NCBI GenBank assembly: GCA_043744185.1
Contig: JAYTVE010000400.1
Location: forward strand, 1-57,452
Reading direction: 5' to 3'
From: Gemmatimonadota bacterium
Lineage (GTDB): Bacteria; Gemmatimonadota; Gemmatimonadetes; Gemmatimonadales; Gemmatimonadaceae
Length of the DNA: 57,452 nucleotides
Part shown: positions 52,701-57,452 of the stretch, in pieces
Numbering within the stretch: position 1 is the first letter of the stretch
Layout: each line of letters begins with the position of its first letter
The notes under the pieces: generated by a model
Database searches by the model: none
The model's input: only the letters and a program-made list of their open reading frames with translations
Told to the model about the DNA's origin: nothing
Translations under genes and position numbers: made by a program

Positions 52701-53768
52701 CTACGGCACCCAGTCCGCGATGAACAGGTTCGTCTCGCCTTCCTTCGTGTCGTAGCGATTGCTGGCCCAGACAATCTTCTTTCCGTCGGGACTGAACATC
52801 GGGAACCCGTCGAAGTCCTTGTTGAACGTCAACTGCTCCAGCCCGCTCCCGTCGAGGTTGACGAGATAGAGATCGAAATTGCGCGAGCGCGGATTCTTGT
52901 GGTTGCTCGAGAAGATGATCTGCTTGCCGCCCGGTGCCCACGAGGGACCGAAGTTCGCGCCACCGAGGTCGGTGATCTGGCGCTGGTTGCCGCCGTCCGC
53001 ATCCATCAGCCAGAGCTCCATCTTGCCGGGCCGCACGAGCCCCTGCTTGAGCAGCTCCTGGTAGGTGCGGCGCCCGGCCGTATCCTCGGGCGTGTAGTGC
53101 CAAGCGCGGTAGACGATCTGCTTCCCGTCCGGTGACCACCACGGACCGCCATCATAGCCCGGCTGATAGGTCAGCCGCTTGATGTCGGTGCCATCCACCT
53201 TCATGGTGTAGATGTCGAGGTCGCCGTCCTTGAGCGACGTGAACACGATGCGGGTGCCGTCGGGCGAGAGCACCCCCTCGGCGGTGTACACACCGTAGTT
53301 CGTGAGGCGCTTGAGCCCCGAGCCATCGCGATTGGCGAAGAAGATGTCGAACGGATCGAGCCGCCAGACATATCCCTTGCTCGGGTCCGGCCGGGGCGCG
53401 CAGGCGGTGTCGACGGCGTGCGACGAGCCGAAAAAGAGCCGCTTGTCGCCGGGCAGGAAGTAGCCGCACGTGGTCTTGCCCTGGCCCGTGGAGATGCGCG
53501 TGACCTTGGCGCTGGCCAGTTGCATCACGTACTGCTGGTCGCAGCTGCGGCCGTCGCGCGTGCTCTGGAACGTGAGCCACTTCCCGTCGTGGCTGAAGTA
53601 CGCTTCCGCGTTCTCGCCGCCGTCGGTGAGCTGCGTGATCTTGCGGAAATGGCGCTCGCCGGAATCGGACGGAATCGGGCGCGGGAGTGGACGCGCAGCC
53701 TGTGCGTACAGGGGGCCAAACGGAACCGCCGCGACGAGCGCGGCGGCGACAGCGGTGCGAAGGTTCAT
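52701..53768 (-). CDS. TolB-like PD40/WD40 beta-propeller protein, secreted
   Basis: Signal peptide MNLRTAVAAALVAAVPFGPLYAQA. Repeated PD40 motifs (FSHDGKWLTF, LSPDGTRIVF, WSPDGKQIVY, FSPDGKKIVW). Start re-set to ATG 53768. Confidence 0.8.
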   Translation of the reverse strand: MNLRTAVAAALVAAVPFGPLYAQAARPLPRPIPSDSGERHFRKITQLTDGGENAEAYFSHDGKWLTFQSTRDGRSCDQQYVMQLASAKVTRISTGQGKTTCGYFLPGDKRLFFGSSHAVDTACAPRPDPSKGYVWRLDPFDIFFANRDGSGLKRLTNYGVYTAEGVLSPDGTRIVFTSLKDGDLDIYTMKVDGTDIKRLTYQPGYDGGPWWSPDGKQIVYRAWHYTPEDTAGRRTYQELLKQGLVRPGKMELWLMDADGGNQRQITDLGGANFGPSWAPGGKQIIFSSNHKNPRSRNFDLYLVNLDGSGLEQLTFNKDFDGFPMFSPDGKKIVWASNRYDTKEGETNLFIADWVP

Positions 53769-53814
53769 GTGGTCCAGCCGCCCCGGTCGGGGCGGCGCGT
53801 AAAGCGTGGGGGGA

Positions 53815-55395
53815 TTACTGGCCGCTGCTCGCTGCACGGGCAGCGATGGCGAAGAGTTCCTTCTGAGACGGTCCCTTGCGCAGGATCTCGAGCGCACGAC
53901 GCAGCTGCACGTCGTCGTCAATGTCCCGGCGCTTGGCGGTGGAATCGCCAAAGGCAAACCGCGCCACGCGGTTCTCGATCAGGCGATCCATGTACTTCGC
54001 AGCGTTGTCGTACATCGGGCGATCGACCTTCACGCCCGCCGTCGTGATGCGGCGAAAAAGCGAGTCGCGCCAGGCCGGCGTCACCTTGAAATCCGCGCCG
54101 ACCTTGCCCCTCTGGCCGAGCGCGAACTCGTACAGCTGGATGTAGATCTCCTGCGACTTGGGTGCGATGGCCCTGATGAACGCCTGCTCGATCGTCGTGA
54201 ACGTGTCAGGGCGGATGATCAGATCGGGGGTGACGGCGCCACCGCCGTACACGAGGCGTCCACCGTCGGACTTGAATGCGGGACGTGCCTTGCGGGCGGA
54301 GTCGCTCTCGAGCGAATCCGGATGGGTTTCCACGAAGCGACCGTCGGCCAGAAGCTTGCGCTCCTTCTGGATCGTGCGGCCGCTCGGCGTGAACCACTTG
54401 CCGGTGGTCATCTTCAGCGCCCAGCCGCCATCGAGGTTGTACACCGTCTGCACGAGTCCCTTGCCGAAGGAGGTCGTGCCGAGGATGACCGCGCGGTCGT
54501 GATCCTGCAGGGCACCCGCCACGATCTCCGATGCTGACGCGGTGTAGCCATCCGTGAGGATGACCATCGGGATGGTGGGCGCGAGCGGGCGTCGCTCGGC
54601 CTTGTAGTGCTGCTCGGCGTCGCGGCCGCGCACCGAGGCGATCTCCTGTCCCTGCGCCATGAACATGTTGCTGACGGCCAGCGCTTGGTCGAGATAGCCG
54701 CCCGGATTGCCGCGCAGGTCGAGGATCAGCCCCTTGGCGCCCTCGGCCGTGAGCTTCTGCAACGACTTGGCCATATCCGATGCGGTGGACTCGTTGAACT
54801 GTTGCATCGGGATGTAGCCGATCTTCCCGTCGAACGTGATGGCGTACGGGATGCTCGGAATCTTGATGATGGCGCGCGTGAACGTGGCGGCGATGGGCTC
54901 GCTGATGCCCGCTCGCGCGAACTTCGCACTCACCTTGGTGCCCGGCGTGCCGAGCAGGCGCTCGGACACCTGGCTGGTCTTCCAGCCGCGCGTGGAGGAG
55001 GTATCAACCATGACAATGCGATCGCCCTCGGCGATGCCGGCGGCTTCGGCTGGCGTGCCCGGGAAGACGCGGCTCACCGTGATCTGGCCCTGCTGGTCCT
55101 CGATCTGCATGCCAACGCCGCCGTACTTGCCACCGGTGTTGCGCTGGAAGAGCGCCAGATCCTTGGGCGAGAGCAGCTCGCTGTATGGATCCTGCAACTC
55201 CTTCACGAGTCCGCGTGCGGCTCGCTCGTACAGCGCGCCGGCGCCGACGGTATCGACGAAGCGCTCGTTGACGAGCTGGTAGACCTCACCGAACAGCTGC
55301 GCACCATCGCGCGACTCGCGCGCTTGCAGGAAGAAGCCCCCGGCAAGCAGGGGAAGAGCGACGATGCCGGCGATGACGAATGGCTTGCGGCGCAT
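53815..55395 (-). CDS. ctpA: S41-family C-terminal processing peptidase with PDZ domain
   Basis: PDZ region (GGVGMQIEDQQGQITVSRVFPGTPAEAAGIAEGDRIVMVD) and catalytic context TDGYTASASEIVAGALQDHDRAVILGTTSFGKG. Confidence 0.9.
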   Translation of the reverse strand: MRRKPFVIAGIVALPLLAGGFFLQARESRDGAQLFGEVYQLVNERFVDTVGAGALYERAARGLVKELQDPYSELLSPKDLALFQRNTGGKYGGVGMQIEDQQGQITVSRVFPGTPAEAAGIAEGDRIVMVDTSSTRGWKTSQVSERLLGTPGTKVSAKFARAGISEPIAATFTRAIIKIPSIPYAITFDGKIGYIPMQQFNESTASDMAKSLQKLTAEGAKGLILDLRGNPGGYLDQALAVSNMFMAQGQEIASVRGRDAEQHYKAERRPLAPTIPMVILTDGYTASASEIVAGALQDHDRAVILGTTSFGKGLVQTVYNLDGGWALKMTTGKWFTPSGRTIQKERKLLADGRFVETHPDSLESDSARKARPAFKSDGGRLVYGGGAVTPDLIIRPDTFTTIEQAFIRAIAPKSQEIYIQLYEFALGQRGKVGADFKVTPAWRDSLFRRITTAGVKVDRPMYDNAAKYMDRLIENRVARFAFGDSTAKRRDIDDDVQLRRALEILRKGPSQKELFAIAARAASSGQ

Positions 55396-55467
55396 GGCGA
55401 ACCTAGGGCCTGAGAAGGTCGGAAGAATCTATTTCATTACGCGGCGGGACGGTGGAGTGTTCCGTCG

Positions 55468-56325
55468 TCAGGGTGCGACCGTGCGCGGCGTCACCACGTA
55501 CTCTGCCACCCAGACACGCTTTGCCTGCCGGATGGTTGCCTGCTTCACGAGTCCGGCGGTGAGCAGCATCTCGTGCGCCGGCTGCAACACGCGCGTCAGG
55601 TGCGACGGGTAGCGCTGCGTGAGAGGGAGCAAGGCGGCCAGCTTGTCGAGCGGCAGCTTCCACTGCGTATCGCCCTGTTCGCGGACAAGCTCGAGCAAGC
55701 GGTAGAGTCGGCGCGCGACCGGCGACGGAAGCGCCTTGTACGTCTGCACGTTGAGCGTGACGTGGTGGCCCGCGACGATGTTGCTGCGGATCATCGGGCC
55801 AATCGTCACGCGCGCATCGCCCGGTTCGCCTGCCGGCAGTGCCGGAAAGAGCGAGAACTGGTCGCGATCACCCGCGCGTCGCCGGTCGATCACGATCGAG
55901 GTGAGGATCGTGAATCGTCCGTCGAGCGGCATCGCGTTCGCGGCGTCGTAGTACGCCTGCTGCGACTCGAGGATGGTGCGTTCGAGACGTGCGAGCGCCG
56001 AGCGCAGCAGTTCGTACGTGCGCCCGTCCGCGCGCCGACCCATCGAGCGCAGGAAGTCGTGCAGCGTGAAGTGCACCACACCGTCCGTGGGCGACCCGGC
56101 GTCGTGCCAGCGGTGCATCAGCTCGACGTAGACGTCCTGATCGAAGGTGCCGGGCAAGCGATCACCCGGCGCTGGCAGGACGCGCCAGCGCACCCCTTCG
56201 CCTTCCTCCCAGACGATCGCACCCTCTTCGGCCGAGTCGCTCAAGCGGAATAGCGGGAGCCTCTCGAGCGCCCGGTCGAGGCGGATGGTGCGGACCATCG
56301 CGCGGCGGCGCTCGGCGAGCGTCAT
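55468..56325 (-). CDS. replication-initiator-protein-A (RPA/RepA)-like protein
   Basis: LERLPLFRLSD...VRWRVLP...GTFDQDVYVELM...VHFTLHDFLRSMGRRADGRTYELLRSALARLERTIL follows the hallmark order of plasmid RepA 'RPA' proteins (hP-F-sLs box, then a protected-region and wHTH-like segments). Start re-set to ATG 56325. Assignment from pattern memory only. Confidence 0.55.
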   Translation of the reverse strand: MTLAERRRAMVRTIRLDRALERLPLFRLSDSAEEGAIVWEEGEGVRWRVLPAPGDRLPGTFDQDVYVELMHRWHDAGSPTDGVVHFTLHDFLRSMGRRADGRTYELLRSALARLERTILESQQAYYDAANAMPLDGRFTILTSIVIDRRRAGDRDQFSLFPALPAGEPGDARVTIGPMIRSNIVAGHHVTLNVQTYKALPSPVARRLYRLLELVREQGDTQWKLPLDKLAALLPLTQRYPSHLTRVLQPAHEMLLTAGLVKQATIRQAKRVWVAEYVVTPRTVAP

Positions 56326-56365
56326 GGTGCGGCCGAGGGGCCGGGCGTGAGCGCTCGGCGCGAGG

Positions 56366-57058
56366 TCATCCGAGCCGTACCACCTGACCCGTGATCGCGC
56401 CGGCCGCCTCGCTCGCGAGCCACGACACGGTCGCTGCCACGTGGGCGCGCTCGACATAGTCGAACGTTGACCCCATGCTCGATTCATTGACCGCCGTACG
56501 GATTGCGGTGGGGGCCACGGCGTTCGCGCGTACACCGAACTCACGCTCCTCCTGCGCGACCGTGCGCATGAAGGCGAGCAGTGCCGCCTTCGAAGCGGCG
56601 TAGCCGCTCATGTGCTTCGTGATGCCGCCCTCGAGCACGGCCGCGGCGCCGAAGTACACGATCGCACCCCGCGCGGCGCGCAGCGCAGGCAGGAACGCCT
56701 GCGTGGCCACGAAGGCCGTCTCGAGCGAGATGGCGAGTTGGCGACGCATCACCTCGATATCGGCACCGATAACGGGACCGCTCATGGCGAACCCGCCGGC
56801 CATGTGGATGAGGGCGTGCGTGCGGGTGCCCACGGCCCGCGCCACCTCGGCCACGGCGGCGCTGTTGGTGAGGTCCGCCACGTGTGCGTGCACCGTGGCG
56901 CCATGCCCGGCGAGGTCGCGCGCGCGATCGGTTACCGATGGATCACGATCGACCAGATGCAGAATGGTGCCTGATGTCGCGAACGACTGCGCGACCGCTT
57001 CCCCCACCTGACCAGGCCGGCCGACGCCGGTGAGCACGACGATGCGCGTGTCGCCCAT
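56366..57058 (-). CDS. short-chain dehydrogenase/reductase (SDR)
   Basis: VVLTGVGRPGQVGEA cofactor loop and catalytic YAASKAAL (YxxxK). Confidence 0.85.
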   Translation of the reverse strand: MGDTRIVVLTGVGRPGQVGEAVAQSFATSGTILHLVDRDPSVTDRARDLAGHGATVHAHVADLTNSAAVAEVARAVGTRTHALIHMAGGFAMSGPVIGADIEVMRRQLAISLETAFVATQAFLPALRAARGAIVYFGAAAVLEGGITKHMSGYAASKAALLAFMRTVAQEEREFGVRANAVAPTAIRTAVNESSMGSTFDYVERAHVAATVSWLASEAAGAITGQVVRLG

Positions 57059-57060
57059 CG

Positions 57061-57452
57061 CTAGCGCGACAGCTGCCCGAGAGCCGCCCGAATCGCATCG
57101 CGGACGACGGCCAGCACGTCGTCGCGGGCCGCCGGCGAGTCGGCGCGAACGTGCAGCTCAATGCCCTCAGCGACCTGCGCGCGGCGCCACGGCGCGCCGA
57201 GCACGCCATCGTCGGCGGTGGCCGGCAGGGGTGCAGCGCTGAGCACGGGGGCGAGGGCCGTCGCGACGCGTCGCTCAAGCGCATCGCCCGTCGCGACGGC
57301 CATCTCCTTCTTGATCGTGTCGAGCGTCTGACCTTCCCGCTGACGGATCTTGATGGCGAGGAGTTGGATCAAGTGCTTGTAGCCATACGTGGCAGCCGTG
57401 CCGGCGCCCTCCGGCCGATCGAGCAGCCCGCTGGAGACGTAGAAGCGCACGG
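57061..57452 (-). CDS. MerR-family transcriptional regulator (5' end outside the window)
   Basis: RFYVSSGLLDRPEG...YGYKHLIQLLAIKIRQREGQTLDTIKKEM is the wing/second-helix and coiled-coil part of a MerR HTH domain. The ORF runs off the right edge. Stop is 2 nt before the SDR start. Confidence 0.7.
   Translation of the reverse strand, partial: VRFYVSSGLLDRPEGAGTAATYGYKHLIQLLAIKIRQREGQTLDTIKKEMAVATGDALERRVATALAPVLSAAPLPATADDGVLGAPWRRAQVAEGIELHVRADSPAARDDVLAVVRDAIRAALGQLSR

Noticed and set aside
55468-57452. The RepA-like / SDR / MerR region as an integrated plasmid or genomic island.
   Set aside because: No integrase, tRNA attachment site, direct repeats, partition or transfer genes are visible, and there is no obvious compositional shift. 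Only the single RepA-like gene is unusual, and it is reported as a finding.

Overview
This is a 57.4 kb, visibly GC-rich chromosomal segment (roughly two-thirds G+C by eye, not computed) from a diderm bacterium. Its gene content is rich in TolB-like, M16, S41 and SPFH proteins, which would fit Gemmatimonadota or Acidobacteria-like lineages, but I cannot assign a taxon from sequence alone. I support about 60 protein genes and found no rRNA, tRNA, CRISPR array, transposase or integrase. Because of the GC content, nearly every real gene is shadowed by long spurious antisense or alternate-frame ORFs, and many track ORFs carry false N-terminal extensions. I re-set starts using conserved N-termini, signal peptides and stop/start overlaps.

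Housekeeping content:
- ispG.
- An arginine cluster, with argH-argG-argR divergent from argC-argB-argD.
- A three-gene transhydrogenase, pntAA-pntAB-pntB.
- A MoeZ-like adenylyltransferase/rhodanese.
- Two cspA paralogs, an acyl desaturase, yggX and a GH3 hydrolase.
- An M16 peptidase pair and two S41 peptidases.

Two loci stand out:
1. 35819-42570 (minus strand) is an eight-gene, translationally coupled operon. It joins a YdjI-like SPFH scaffold protein, a pyruvoyl S-adenosylmethionine decarboxylase, two zinc-ribbon DUF4178 proteins, a 61-aa membrane peptide, a DUF350 membrane protein, a polytopic membrane-anchored spermidine-synthase-like aminopropyltransferase and a Tat-signal flavoprotein. 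This looks like a self-contained, membrane-localised polyamine-based envelope system with no experimentally defined function that I know of.
2. 21753-27226 (plus strand) is a chaperone-usher-like fibre locus. It has two DUF4402/spore-coat-U-like subunits, a PapD-like chaperone and a 1143-aa usher-like protein. The usher-like protein has extra beta-sandwich domains and a ~270-aa Pro/Arg/Ala-rich tail.

Smaller oddities:
- A perfect 12-bp x 6.6 tandem repeat that exactly fills a convergent intergenic gap.
- A lone plasmid-type RepA-like gene.
- A low-GC3 ORF bracketed by AT-rich segments, with an 11-bp inverted repeat over its start codon.
- An NrtR-like degenerate-Nudix regulator flanked by matching inverted motifs.
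- A canonical G-quadruplex motif.
- A second SPFH gene translationally coupled to a Cys4 zinc-ribbon peptide.
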